NCBI GenBank assembly: GCA_012295275.1
Contig: CM022677.1
Span: 7,378,001-7,442,000 of the forward strand
DNA from: Chrysomallon squamiferum
Taxonomy: Eukaryota; Animalia; Mollusca
Direction: 5' to 3'
DNA length: 64,000 nt
A program made the translations under genes and the position numbers. The notes below the pieces were generated by a model, which had not been told where the DNA came from, made no database searches, and was given only the letters and a program-made list of their open reading frames with translations. The number at the start of each line of letters is the position of its first letter. The first letter of the stretch is position 1. Shown here one piece after another: positions 1 to 14,760 of the stretch.

Positions 1-1579
1 TTTTGCATATTCGTTTATTTTTTTTATCCATCTGAAGACACTGTTTGTTCCAGTAAGTCTATTTTACACGTGTACACTAGTGTGAAATTTATAAATTTAT
101 TAAAATGTTATAAAGAAGATTCCCACTGAGCTATTGCGAGTTAGTTCTAGTTCAGAAATTTGATTTACAGTGAAACTAGAAAATCGGGGAGCGTCGTGGG
201 TACGACCTCCATTTCCATATTTCTTATGTTTTATGCATCTTCAGCATCACTTAATGAAGAATAAATACATAAAATAAAAACTAATTTAACTTGTCTCATA
301 ATATTTTATTATCATTTAGTGGATTTTTAGAAATGCATCTTGTAGTAATTATTGTAGATATATAGCATTTGTAGTTTAGTTCCCTTTAATATTAATAAAA
401 AAATGTATTATTAATTAGTTATTTCTGTCATTGTCATTATTGTAATTTTATTATTACTTTTTTATTCATTTATTTATAAATTTATTATTAATTTGTTATT
501 GTCATTATTGTAATTTATATATCATTTTTAATATTATTTTATTATTTATTAAACTTTAAAAAAAATAAACATAAACTGATAATTTACACAATTATTATTA
601 CTTTTGAATTTACATTAATATTGCTTGATTTGCTTGTAATACAGTTTAATAGAATGTTCTATTTAATTGATATACAAGACATTAAATGTTATAATATAAT
701 AAATATACATTATAAACTATGTAGAAATTAATATAAATATGTTTTTGTTTGTGTGTTTTTGTATATATTAGTGTAAGTTTGTTCTTGTTTAGTCAGAAAC
801 ACAAATGCACATACACACATACATAAATGTGCACAAGCATGCACATGCACACAAACACACACACACACACAATAGTTTTACATTTTTAATTCTGTAAATA
901 TTTAAATAGATTATTACTGTTATAATTTTTGAGTCTTCCATGAAATAAATATTTGATAACAACACTTTTTATTCCATTTAAAATTTATTTTAATTTGAAA
1001 ATTTTATATTTCATTGACTATTATTCCTTATCATTTTCGTTAACTTGAAAATTTGTATTTACTCCTATATATATATATATATATATATTCCTTTGTTTCC
1101 TTTTGAGTAATATTTAAGAATAAGTATAACTTTTCCAGCAACTATTATTTATATGTTGAGAATTGAGTTAAAATTCAAAATATTCTTAGACTCAATTTTA
1201 TACAATTATTGCCTTCACAAAGTATACAAATCATTTCATTTTATTTTGTAATTTGTCCTGTTTTGTGTGAATGAATACCCCAATTATTTATTTATTCATT
1301 TATTCATTATGATATTATAAGTAACTGACCATGGATAATAATTTTCATAACATAAGGGAAATAACTCTCTTTTGATAAAACTTTAGTTATATTGTTAAAA
1401 ACATATGAAATAAATAAAGAATACAATTTCCCACCCAAATTAAAAACAAAAACAATAATAATTAACACCCTGAAAACAATTTTATATCTTTTTTATTTAC
1501 CAAGAAACAGTAACAATGAATTAAAAAATCAAATTCAACAGCAAAATTGTAACAAATATAAAAATTAATTAATTAAAAA

Positions 1580-1959
1580 TAACAAAAATATCATAAAAAG
1601 AAAATATAATTTAACTACAGCTGTTACTAATTTATGACCTGTTTTAAATTAGTACATCGAATAATTAATTACTTTATTTAACAGGAGCTAGTAATAAAAA
1701 TTGATCTAGACATCTGTTTTGTATTAAAGTTTACTAAATAAATTGATTTAATGCTTTATCTTCTGAGTTTATATTCTATTTTGTGCAGACATAAATGCAT
1801 GCACTCATATAACACAAGGAAAAGACACTAAAGAAACTAACACATATACAAACATTACAATACTCACACAACAGAAAATACACAGTCTCACACACAAACA
1901 TTCACTTAGGCAAAACTGACACAAACAGACATACCAACATACATACTGACACATACACA

Positions 1960-2007
<48 letters not shown>

Positions 2008-2431
2008 TCACTTAGGCAAAACTGACACAAACAGACATTCCGACATACACACACACTGACACATACAGTACAGAACATAAATTTAATACATAATAACTGA
2101 TATTATCAAAAACACTTCTTATAATAATTGGCCTATGAAAACAACAAAGATAAAGATAAAACTCTGAAAAAAAAACACTAATAAAAATATGATTTCCTTT
2201 ATAAACTTTGGTCTGTGTATTTTATCAGCACATAAATATCAGTATGATTGTGAGTGAATTAACAGCATATTTTATAATGTTTGTTTTGTGTCTTTTACAA
2301 ATAACAAAAATATCGTAAAAAGAATATATAATTTAACTACAGCTGTTACTAATTTATCACCTGTTTTAAATTAGTAAATCGAATAATTAATTACTTTATT
2401 TAACAGGAGCTAGTATTAAAAATTGATCTAG
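1580..2431. repeat. ~130-bp near-identical direct repeat pair (1580-1709 and 2302-2431)
   Basis: TAACAAAAATATC.TAAAAAGAA.ATATAATTTAACTACAGCTGTTACTAATTTAT.ACCTG...AAAAATTGATCTAG occurs twice with few substitutions. The intervening DNA holds a second small duplication (CATTCACTTAGGCAAAACTGACACAAACAGACAT) around a (CA)n tract. Confidence 0.9.
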
Positions 2432-2820
2432 CAATTATACTATTCCTGTGTATCAGAATATGTGGAATAGAGCATTAAAAAAATAATAGTACGACTATTG
2501 CAACTACAACTACTGTTCCTACTGCACCTCTATTAAAACTACATAGCTGCTATTATTATTATTATTACTACTGCTGCTACTACTACTACAACTACAGTTA
2601 TGATAACTCCTTTACCACACTACTACATTACCTTTTATTATCACTATCCTACAAGGTTAGCTATTATTATTATTATTATTAATTACTGTTTCTACTACTA
2701 CTGTTTCTAGTTGTTTTTTTGATGCAGTAGTAGCTGTTATAATTACTACTGCTGATGCTATTGCTACTATTACTGCTATTGCTGCCGATGTTTTTGGTGC
2801 TAATAACATCTCTGTCACAA

Positions 2821-5800
2821 ATAATAACACAACTGTTTACTACTATAAAATACAAGAAGCTATTAACAAGTGTTATTTTCCTCCTGTGTACGTGTATAAT
2901 AACACAACAGTTTACTACTATAAAATATGAGAAGCTATTAACAAGTGTTATTTTCCTCCTGTGTACGTGTATAATAACACAACAGTTTACTACTATAAAA
3001 TACGAGAAGCTATTAACAAGTGTTATTTTCCTCCTGTGTACGTGTATAGTAACACAACTGTTTACTACTATAAAATACAAGAAGCTATTAACAAGTGTTA
3101 TTTTCCTCCTGTGTACGAGTATAATAACACAACAGTTTACTACTATAAAATACGAGAGGCTATTAACAAGTGTTATTTTCCTCCTGTGTACGTGTATAAT
3201 AACACAACTGTTTACTACTATAAAATACGAGAAGCTATTAACAAGTGTTATTTTCCTCCTGTGTACGAGTATAATAACACAACAGTTTACTACTATAAAA
3301 TACAAGAAGCTATTAACAAGTGTTATTTTCCTCCTGTGTACGTGTATAATAACACAACTGTTTACTACTATAAAATACAACAAGCTATTAACAAGTGTTA
3401 TTTTCCTCCTGTGTACGTGTATAATAACACAACTGTTTACTACTATAAAATACAACAAGCTATTAACAAGTGTTATTTTCCTCCTGTGTACGTGTATAGT
3501 AACACAGCTGTTTACTACTATAAAATACAAGAAGCTATTAACAAGTGTTATTTTCCTCCTGTGTACGTGTATAGTAACACAGCTGTTTACTACTATAAAA
3601 TATGAGAAGCTATTAACAAGTGTTATTTTCCTCCTGTGTATGTGTATAGTAACACAACTGTTTACTACTATAAAATACAACAAGCTATTAACAAGTGTTG
3701 TTTTCCCCCTGTGTACGAGTATAACAACACAACTGTTTACTACTATAAAATACAAGAAGCTATTAACAAGTGTTATTTTCCTCCTGTGTATGTGTATAGT
3801 AACACAGCTGTTTACTACTATAAAATACAACAAGCTATTAACAAGTGTTATTTTCCTCCTGTGTACGTGTATAGTAACACAGCAGTTTACTACTATAAAA
3901 TACAACAAGTGTTATTTTCCTCCTGTGTACGTGTATAGTAACACAGCTGTTTACTACTATAAAATACAACAAGTGTTGTTTTTCCTCCTGTGTATGTGTG
4001 TATAGTAACACAACTGTTTACTACTATAAAATACAACAAGTGTTATTTTCCTCCTGTGTACGTGTGTATAGTAACACAACTGTTTACTACTATAAAATAC
4101 AAGAAGCTATTAACAAGTGTTATTTTCCTCCTGTGTATGTGTATAGTAACACAACTGTTTACTACTATAAAATACAACAAGCTATTAACAAGTGTTATTT
4201 TCCTCCTGTGTATGTGTGTGTATAGTAACACAGCTGTTTACTACTATAAAATACAACAAGCTATTAACAAGTGTTATTTTCCTCCTATGTACGTGTATAG
4301 TAACACAACTGTTTACTACTATAAAATACAACAAGCTATTAACAAGTGTTATTTTCCTCCTATGTACGTGTATAGTAACACAACTGTTTACTACTATAAA
4401 ATACAACAAGCTATTAACAAGTGTTATTTTCCTCCTATGTACGTGTATAGTAACACAACTGTTTACTACTATAAAATACAACAAGCTATTAACAAGTGTT
4501 ATTTTCCTCCTGTGTACGTGTATAGTAACACAGCTGTTTACTACTATAAAATACGAGAAGCTATTAACAAGTGTTATTTTCCTCCTGTGTATGTGTATAG
4601 TAACACAGCTGTTTACTACTATAAAATACAACAAGCTATTAACAAGTGTTATTTTCCTCCTGTGTACGTGTATAGTAACACAGCTGTTTACTACTATAAA
4701 ATACAACAAGTGTTGTTTTCCTCCTGTGTACGTGTATAGTAACACAACTGTTTACTACTATAAAATACAACAAGTGTTATTTTCCTCCTGTGTACGTGTA
4801 TAGTAACACAACTGTTTACTACTATAAAATACAAGAAGCTATTAACAAGTGTTATTTTCCTCCTGTGTACGTGTATAGTAACACAACTGTTTACTACTAT
4901 AAAATACAACAAGCTATTAACAAGTGTTATTTTCCTCCTGTGTATGTGTATAGTAACACAGCTGTTTACTACTATAAAATACAACAAGTGTTGTTTTCCT
5001 CCTGTGTACGTGTATAGTAACACAACTGTTTACTACTATAAAATACAACAAGTGTTACTTTCCTCCTGTGTACGTGTATAATAACACAACTGTTTACTAC
5101 TATAAAATACAAGAAGCTATTAACAAGTGTTATTTTCCTCCTGTGTACGTGTATAGTAACACAACTGTTTACTACTATAAAATACGAGAAGCTATTAACA
5201 AGTGTTATTTTCCTCCTGTGTATGTGTATAGTAACACAGCTGTTTACTACTATAAAATACAACAAGCTATTAACAAGTGTTGTTTTCCTCCTGTGTACGT
5301 GTATAGTAACACAACTGTTTACTACTATAAAATACAACAAGCTATTAACAAGTGTTATTTTCCTCCTGTGTATGTGTATAGTAACACAACTGTTTACTAC
5401 TATAAAATACGAGAAGCTATTAACAAGAGTTATTTTCCTCCTGTGTATGTGTATAGTAACACAACTGTTTACTACTATAAAATACAAGAAGCTATTAACA
5501 AGTGTTATTTTCCTCCTGTCTATGTGTATAATAACACAACTGTTTACTACTATAAAATACAAGAAGCTATTAACAAGTGTTATTTTCCTCCTATGTACGT
5601 GTATAGTAACACAGCTGTTTACTACTATAAAATACAAGAAGCTATTAACAAGTGTTATTTTCCTCCTATGTACGTGTATAGTAACACAGCTGTTTACTAC
5701 TATAAAATACAAGAAGCTATTAACAAGTGTTATTTTCCTCCTGTGTACGTGTATAATAACACAACTGTTTACTACTATAAAATACAACAAGCTATTAACA

Positions 5801-8800
5801 AGTGTTATTTTCCTCCTGTGTACGTGTATAATAACACAACTGTTTACTACTATAAAATACAACAAGCTATTAACAAGTGTTATTTTCCTCCTATGTACGT
5901 GTATAGTAACACAGCTGTTTACTACTATAAAATACAAGAAGCTATTAACAAGTGTTATTTTCCTCCTGTGTACGTGTATAGTAACACAGCTGTTTACTAC
6001 TATAAAATATGAGAAGCTATTAACAAGTGTTATTTTCCTCCTGTGTATGTGTATAGTAACACAACTGTTTACTACTATAAAATACAACAAGCTATTAACA
6101 AGTGTTGTTTTCCTCCTATGTATGTGTATAGTAACACAGCTGTTTACTACTATAAAATACGAGAAGCTATTAACAAGTGTTATTTTCCTCCTATGTACGT
6201 GTATAGTAACACAGCTGTTTACTACTATAAAATACAACAAGCTATTAACAAGTGTTATTTTCCTCCTATGTACGTGTATAGTAACACAACTGTTTACTAC
6301 TATAAAATACAACAAGCTATTAACAAGTGTTATTTTCCTCCTATGTACGTGTATAGTAACACAACTGTTTACTACTATAAAATACAACAAGCTATTAACA
6401 AGTGTTATTTTCCTCCTATGTACGTGTATAGTAACACAACTGTTTACTACTATAAAATACAACAAGCTATTAACAAGTGTTATTTTCCTCCTGTGTACGT
6501 GTATAGTAACACAGCTGTTTACTACTATAAAATACGAGAAGCTATTAACAAGTGTTATTTTCCTCCTGTGTAGGTGTATAGTAACACAGCTGTTTACTAC
6601 TATAAAATACAACAAGCTATTAACAAGTGTTATTTTCCTCCTGTGTACGTGTATAGTAACACAGCTGTTTACTACTATAAAATACAACAAGTGTTATTTT
6701 CATCCTGTGTACGTGTATAGTAACACAGCTGTTTACTACTATAAAATACAACAAGTGTTGTTTTCCTCCTGTGTACGTGTATAGTAACACAACTGTTTAC
6801 TACTATAAAATACAACAAGTGTTATTTTCCTCCTGTGTACGTGTATAGTAACACAACTGTTTACTACTATAAAATACAACAAGCTATTAACAAGTGTTAT
6901 TTTCCTCCTATGTACGTGTATAGTAACACAGCTGTTTACTACTATAAAATACAACAAGCTATTAACAAGTGTTATTTTCCTCCTATGTACGTGTATAGTA
7001 ACACAACTGTTTACTACTATAAAATACAACAAGCTATTAACAAGTGTTATTTTCCTCCTATGTACGTGTATAGTAACACAACTGTTTACTACTATAAAAT
7101 ACAACAAGCTATTAACAAGTGTTATTTTCCTCCTATGTACGTGTATAGTAACACAACTGTTTACTACTATAAAATACAACAAGCTATTAACAAGTGTTAT
7201 TTTCCTCCTGTGTACGTGTATAGTAACACAGCTGTTTACTACTATAAAATACGAGAAGCTATTAACAAGTGTTATTTTCCTCCTGTGTATGTGTATAGTA
7301 ACACAGCTGTTTACTACTATAAAATACAACAAGCTATTAACAAGTCTTATTTTCCTCCTGTGTACGTGTATAGTAACACAGCTGTTTACTACTATAAAAT
7401 ACAACAAGTGTTGTTTTCCTCCTGTGTACGTGTATAGTAACACAACTGTTTACTACTATAAAATACAACAAGTGTTATTTTCCTCCTGTGTACGTGTGTA
7501 TAGTAACACAACTGTTTACTACTATAAAATACAAGAAGCTATTAACAAGTGTTATTTTCCTCCTGTGTACGTGTATAGTAACACAACTGTTTACTACTAT
7601 AAAATACAACAAGCTATTAACAAGTGTTATTTTCCTCCTGTGTACGTGTATAGTAACACAGCTGTTTACTACTATAAAATACAACAAGTGTTGTTTTCCT
7701 CCTGTGTACGTGTATAGTAACACAACTGTTTACTACTATAAAATACAACAAGTGTTATTTTCCTCCTGTGTACGTGTATAATAACACAACTGTTTACTAC
7801 TATAAAATACAAGAAGCTATTAACAAGTGTTATTTTCCTCCTGTGTACGTGTATAGTAACACAACTGTTTACTACTATAAAATACGAGAAGCTATTAACA
7901 AGTGTTATTTTCCTCCTGTGTATGTGTATAGTAACACAGCTGTTTACTACTATAAAATACAACAAGCTATTAACAAGTGTTGTTTTCCTCCTGTGTACGT
8001 GTATAGTAACACAACTGTTTACTACTATAAAATACAACAAGCTATTAACAAGTGTTGTTTTCCTCCTATGTATGTGTATAGTAACACAGCTGTTTACTAC
8101 TATAAAATACGAGAAGCTATTAACAAGTGTTATTTTCCTCCTATGTACGTGTATAGTAACACAGCTGTTTACTACTATAAAATACGAGAAGCTATTAACA
8201 AGTGTTATTTTCCTCCTATGTACGTGTATAGTAACACAACTGTTTACTACTATAAAATACAACAAGCTATTAACAAGTGTTATTTTCCTCCTGTGTACGT
8301 GTATAGTAACACAGCTGTTTACTACTATAAAATACGAGAAGCTATTAACAAGTGTTATTTTCCTCCTGTGTATGTGTATAGTAACACAGCTGTTTACTAC
8401 TATAAAATACAACAAGCTATTAACAAGTGTTATTTTCCTCCTATGTACATGTATAGTAACACAGCTGTTTACTACTATAAAATACAACAAGTGTTGTTTT
8501 CCTCCTGTGTACGTGTATAGTAACACAGCTGTTTACTACTATAAAATACAACAAGTGTTGTTTTCCTCCTGTGTACGTGTATAGTAACACAACTGTTTAC
8601 TACTATAAAATACAACAAGTGTTATTTTCCTCCTGTGTACGTGTATAGTAACACAACTGTTTACTACTATAAAATACAAGAAGCTATTAACAAGTGTTAT
8701 TTTCCTCCTGTGTACGTGTATAGTAACACAGCTGTTTATTACTATAAAATACAACAAGTGTTGTTTTCCTCCTGTGTACGTGTATAGTAACACAACTGTT

Positions 8801-11256
8801 TACTACTATAAAATACAACAAGTGTTATTTTCCTCCTGTGTACGTGTATAATAACACAACTGTTTACTACTATAAAATACAAGAAGCTATTAACAAGTGT
8901 TATTTTCCTCCTGTGTATGTATATAGTAACACAACTGTTTACTACTATAAAATACGAGAAGCTATTAACAAGAGTTATTTTCCTCCTGTGTATGTGTATA
9001 GTAACACAACTGTTTACTACTATAAAATACAAGAAGCTATTAACAAGTGTTATTTTCCTCCTGTGTATGTGTATAATAACACAACTGTTTATTACTATAA
9101 AATACAAGAAGCTATTAACAAGTGTTATTTTCCTCCTATGTACGTGTATAGTAACACAGCTGTTTACTACTATAAAATACAAGAAGCTATTAACAAGTGT
9201 TATTTTCCTCCTGTGTATGTGTATAATAAGACAACTGTTTACTACTATAAAATACAAAAAACGTGTTATTTTCCTCCTGTGTACGTGTATAGTAACACAA
9301 CTGTTTACTACTATAAAATACAACAAGCTATTAACAAGTGTTATTTTCCTCCTGTGTAGGTGTATAGTAACACAACTGTTTACTACTATAAAATACAACA
9401 AGCTATTAACAAGTGTTATTTTCCTCCTATGTATGTGTATAATAACACAACTGTTTACTACTATAAAATACAACAAGTGTTATTTTCCTCCTGTTTACGT
9501 GTATAGTAACACAACTGTTTACTACTATAAAATACAACAAGCTATTAACAAGTGTTATTTTCCTCCTGTGTAGGTGTATAGTAACACAACTGTTTACTAC
9601 TATAAAATACAACAAGCTATTAACAAGTGTTATTTTCCTCCTATGTATGTGTATAATAACACAACTGTTTACTACTATAAAATACAAGAAGCTATTAACA
9701 AGTGTTATTTTCCTCCTGTGTATGTGTATAATAACACAACTGTTTACTACTATAAAATACAACAAGCTATTAACAAGTGTTATTTTCCTCCTGTGTATGT
9801 GTATAGTAACAACTGTTTACTACTATAAAATACAAGAAGCTATTAACAAGTTATTTTCCTCCTGTGTATGTGTATAATAACACAACTGTTTACTACTATA
9901 AAATACAACAAGCTATTAACAAGTGTTATTTTCCTCCTGTGTACGTGTATAGTAACACAGCTGTTTACTACTATAAAATACAAGAAGCTATTAACAAGAG
10001 TTATTTTCCTCCTGTGTACGTGTATAATAACACAACTGTTTACTACTATAAAATAGAACAAGCTATTAACAAGTGTTATTTTCCTCCTGTGTACGTGTAT
10101 AGTAACACAACTGTTTACTACTTTAAAATTTGAGAAGCTATTAACAAGTGTTATTTTCCTCCTGTGTACGTGTATAGTAACAGAACTGTTTACTACTATA
10201 AAATATGAGAAGCTATTAACAAGTGTTATTTTCCTCCTGTGTACGTGTATAATAACACAACTGTTTACTACTATAAAATACGAGAAGCTATTAACAAGTG
10301 TTATTTTCCTCCTATGTACGTGTATAATAACACAACTGTTTACTACTATAAAATACGAGAAGCTATTAACAAGTGTTATTTTCCTCCTATGTACGTGTAT
10401 AATAACACAACTGTTTACTACTATAAAATACGAGAAGCTATTAACAAGTGTTATTTTCCTCCTGTGTACGTGTATAGTAACACAACTGTTTACTACTATA
10501 AAATACAAGAAGCTATTAACAAGTGTTATTTTCCTCCTGTGTACGTGTATAATAACACAACTGTTTACTACTATAAAATACAACAAGCTATTAACAAGTG
10601 TTATTTTCCTCCTGTGTACGTGTATAGTAACACAGCTGTTTACTACTATAAAATACAACAAGCTATTAACAAGTGTTATTTTCCTCCTATGTATGTGTAT
10701 AGTAACACAGCTGTTTACTACTATAAAATACGAGAAGCTATTAACAAGTGTTATTTTCCTCCTGTGTACGTGTATAATAACACAACAGTTTACTACTATA
10801 AAATAGAACAAGCTATTAACAAGTGTTATTTTCCTCCTATGTACGTGTATAATAACACAACTGTTTACTACTATAAAATACGAGAAGCTATTAACAAGTG
10901 TTATTTTCCTCCTGTGTATGTGTATAGTAACACAACTGTTTACTACTATAAAATACAACAAGCTATTAACAAGTGTTATTTTCCTCCTGTGTACGTGTAT
11001 AGTAACATAATAAATCTCAAATATTTGTTTTTAATCTTCTATAAAATACTTAAAAATATAAAAAATAAACCATTAAACAAGTGTTATTGATAACCAAAGT
11101 GTATAGTAACCAACTGTTTTACTATAAAATACACAGCTATTAACAAGTGTTATTTTCCTCCTGTGTACGTGTATAATAACACAACTGTTTACTACTATAA
11201 AATACGAGAAGCTATTAACAAGTGTTATTTTCCTCCTGGGTATGTGTATAGTAACA
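2821..11256. repeat. 75-bp tandem satellite array (~110 units) with 64-bp deletion variants
   Basis: Unit is TGTGTACGTGTATAGTAACACAACTGTTTACTACTATAAAATACAACAAGCTATTAACAAGTGTTATTTTCCTCC. The 64-bp variants lack CTATTAACAAG, a deletion between the two AACAAG copies. Confidence 0.99.
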
Positions 11257-11519
11257 TAATAAACATATTAAATCTCAAATATTTGCAAGCTTCTGTTTTA
11301 ATATTCTGTATTAAAAACTAATTTTTTACTGAAAAATACAAAAATAATTTGTTACCTAATGAGTTTCCACTCAAGTGCTTTAACTCAGACATGTGTCCCT
11401 TTGTGGTATAATAGAACAACTAAAGACACCATCAGTTTCAATCTTAAATTTAAATAAAACTGGCCTGAGTATTTCCTAAAAGCATTTAAACATATATTGA
11501 TAACCAAATATTTCTTAAC

Positions 11520-13715
11520 ACACACACACTCACACTATTATCTTAATAGTAGCAATTATAACTATTGCTGATACACACACAGCCAATTGTAAGAGTAGAA
11601 ATTATCAATATTGTTGATACATTCAGACATACACACGCACTATTATCAGAGTAGCAGTTGTCAGTATGGCCGATACACTCACAAACATACACACACATAC
11701 TATTATCTCAGAAGTAATTATCCCCCTGACACAGACAATTATCTGAGTAGCAATAGTCACTATTGCTGACACAGTCAAACACACACACCATTATCAGAGT
11801 AGCAATTACACTACTGTTAACACACACACACTAATATCACTATTACTGATACACACACATACACAGAACCACACACATACACACTTACTATTATCTGCAT
11901 AGAAGTTATCACTAGTTCTGATGCAATTAAAACTTATACGCAGACACTATCAGAGTAGAAATTATCACTATTGCTGATTCTCACACACATACACACACTC
12001 ATAGTATTATTAGTAGTTATCTCTGTTGCGGATATACACACACACTATTATCAGAGTAGCAAATATCATTATTGCTGATACACACACAGCTACATACACA
12101 CATGCTATTATCAGAGAAGCAATTATCACTATTGCTCATACACTGATAGACACACACACACACACTATTATCTAAGTAGCAATGGTCACTATTGCAGATA
12201 CACACACACACATATTATTATCAGAGTAGTAGTTATCTCTATTGCTTATAGACACACAGACACATACACACAAACACACCTGCTATTATCAGAGAAGCAA
12301 TTATCACTATTGCTGATACATTCACACATACACATGTACTATTATCAGAGTAGCAATTATCACTATTGCTGATACATGCACTCACAAAATGGCTGATTTA
12401 TCGGTCGAAATTATCACTATTGCTGATGCACTTACACAAATACTCACACTTATACTATTATTAGTAGTTAACTGCATTGCTGTTACACACACACACATTT
12501 TATTATCAGAGTAGCAATTGTCACTATTGTTGATACATTCACACACACACACACCCACACACACACTATTATCACAGTAGCAAATATCATTATTGCTAAT
12601 ACACTCACACACTCACACAGACTATTATCAGAGTAGCAATTGTCACTACTGCTGACACACTCACACACACACATACTATTATCAGAGAGGCAGTTATCAG
12701 TATTGCTGATATACACACAATATGAACAGAAAAGCAGTTATAACTATATCTGATATACTCACAAACACACACACATACTATTATCACACTGACACACACA
12801 CACTATTATCAGACTAGCAGTTATCAGTATTGCTCATACACTCACTCATACATACATATTATCAGTCGCAATTTTCAATATTGCTGACACAGACACACAC
12901 ACACACACACATATACTATTATCAGAGTAGCAGTTATCAGTATGGCTGATACACTCACACACATACACACACTATTGCTGTTACACACACATACTATTAT
13001 CTCAGAAGTAATTATCACTATTGGTGATACACTGACAGACAATTATCTGAGTAGCAATAGTCACTACTGCTGATACACACAGACAAATACACATTATTAT
13101 CAGAGTAGTAAACTCTATTGCTAATACACACACAGAAACATACACACAAACACACATGCTATTATCAGAGAAGCAATTACCAATATTGCTGATACACTCA
13201 TACACATACTAATACTATTATCAGAGAAGCAATTATCACCATTGCTGATACACTCACATGCACATACTATTATCAGAGTAGCAATTATCATTATTGCTGA
13301 TACACTGACACAAACACTGTTACTATTATCAGAAACTATCACTCTTGCTCATACTAACATACATACAAATATGCATACACAAACACATACTATTATCAGA
13401 TTAACACTATTGCTGATACCACTCACACACAGACAGTATTATCAGAGTAGCAGTTATCACTATTGGTGATCACACACAATTACAACAGTAGTTACACTGA
13501 CACACAAACTATTATCAGAGTAGCAATTATGACACACATACTGTTATCAGTTAGCAATTGTAACTATTGCTGATACACACATACACACAAACTATCAGAG
13601 TAGCAAGTATCACTATTGCCGATACACTCAAACAGATACACACACACACATACACTATTATCAGAGTAGTAATTATCACTTGTGCTGAAACAGAGACACT
13701 ATTATGACTATTTCT

Positions 13716-13750
<35 letters not shown>

Positions 13751-13866
13751 TTATCAAAATAGCAGTTATCACTATTAGTGATACACACACACACAGACAC
13801 CATTTTCAGAGTAGCAATTATCACTATTGCCGATACACTCACAAACATACTCACACATATACTATC
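11520..13866. repeat. Degenerate minisatellite: ~40-bp core separated by variable CA-rich linkers
   Basis: Recurring core ACTATTATCAGAGTAGCAATTATCACTATTGCTGATACAC, roughly every 55-70 bp. Block 11640-11770 recurs at about 12915-13075. Confidence 0.95.
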
Positions 13867-13869
13867 TCT

Positions 13870-14760
13870 GTCAATCATCTTTCAATTTCTTCAAATGGTA
13901 GCTCTCAAGTTAACTTTGAATATTCTTTATGAAAACAACTTTAAGCTGGAACCTGCTTGTTGTCTATCTGTAAATATCATTGCTCCATATCTTTTCATTT
14001 CTTCTATAATTTGTAATGTAGAAACACACAGAGTTTTTGCAGTGTCCTTAGTCATTATAGTGGAAGTTTTTTTTCCATAATAATCAAGAATCATCCACTG
14101 TTAACTATTTGAGAAGAATCAATCAACACTGACATATATTGTCAACAACTTCTCTGTCTGGAAACTTGGTCTATATCAGTAGATATCTCAACTGTTTGAA
14201 GCAACCTTTATAGTCTTCTCCATATTCTTGTAACTTAAGCTGATTCCAGAATAATGTCTTTCCTGTAGATACAATAATAAAATTTAATAGAATAATAAGT
14301 ATTTTTCCATTGTGTTTGTAATGTTAGAAAGAAATTATTATAAATAAACATCATCAGTCTTATTATAATAGGGTTTAATAATAACAAATAATTTAAATAT
14401 AAATTTAGATCTCTAAAAAAACAGGATCAATACAAACTGTAAATTTAAAATTCTGGTCAACTCAAAAAATGTGATTTTTATAATCTAAATTCATAAAGAT
14501 AAGTGAAAATATTATTGATTAGATCAAAATATTTTAAAGTTAAGCAATACAAACATAACATGAAAATGTAATAATAATAATAATACAAATACCACTAATA
14601 TTTCTCAAAGCTGAAATCTATAAAATTGTGAATTCTCCTCTGAATCTTCAGCACTGACCTGCCTTGTACTGTAAGGGAGAGAGTGAGATCTGAAATACTT
14701 TGTTTTTGACCAAGTGTTTAAAAGAAATACAAAATCTGACATGGACTAGACAGTTTCCAC
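13870..14760 (-). pseudogene. Two decayed exon-like segments of an unidentified gene
   Basis: Minus-strand acceptors at ~14761 (tttacag) and ~14264 (ctacag) lead into coding-like text (WKLSSPCQILYFF*TLGQKQSISDLTLSLTVQGRSVLKIQRR; KTLFWNQLKLQEYGEDYKGCFKQLRYLLI*TKFPDREVVDNICQC*) with many stops. Family not recognised. Confidence 0.4.

Noticed and set aside
2679-11090. Long ORFs (up to 572 aa) on both strands
   Set aside because: Translations of the 75-bp satellite. They overlap in three frames and are broken by 64-bp units and sporadic stops.
12017-13790. Cys-rich minus-strand ORFs (CVCVC...SDN)
   Set aside because: Translations of the minisatellite and (TG)n linkers.
11520-13866. CRISPR-like repeat-spacer appearance
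   Set aside because: Repeats are degenerate, spacers are CA microsatellite rather than unique sequence, there are no cas genes, and the context is eukaryotic.
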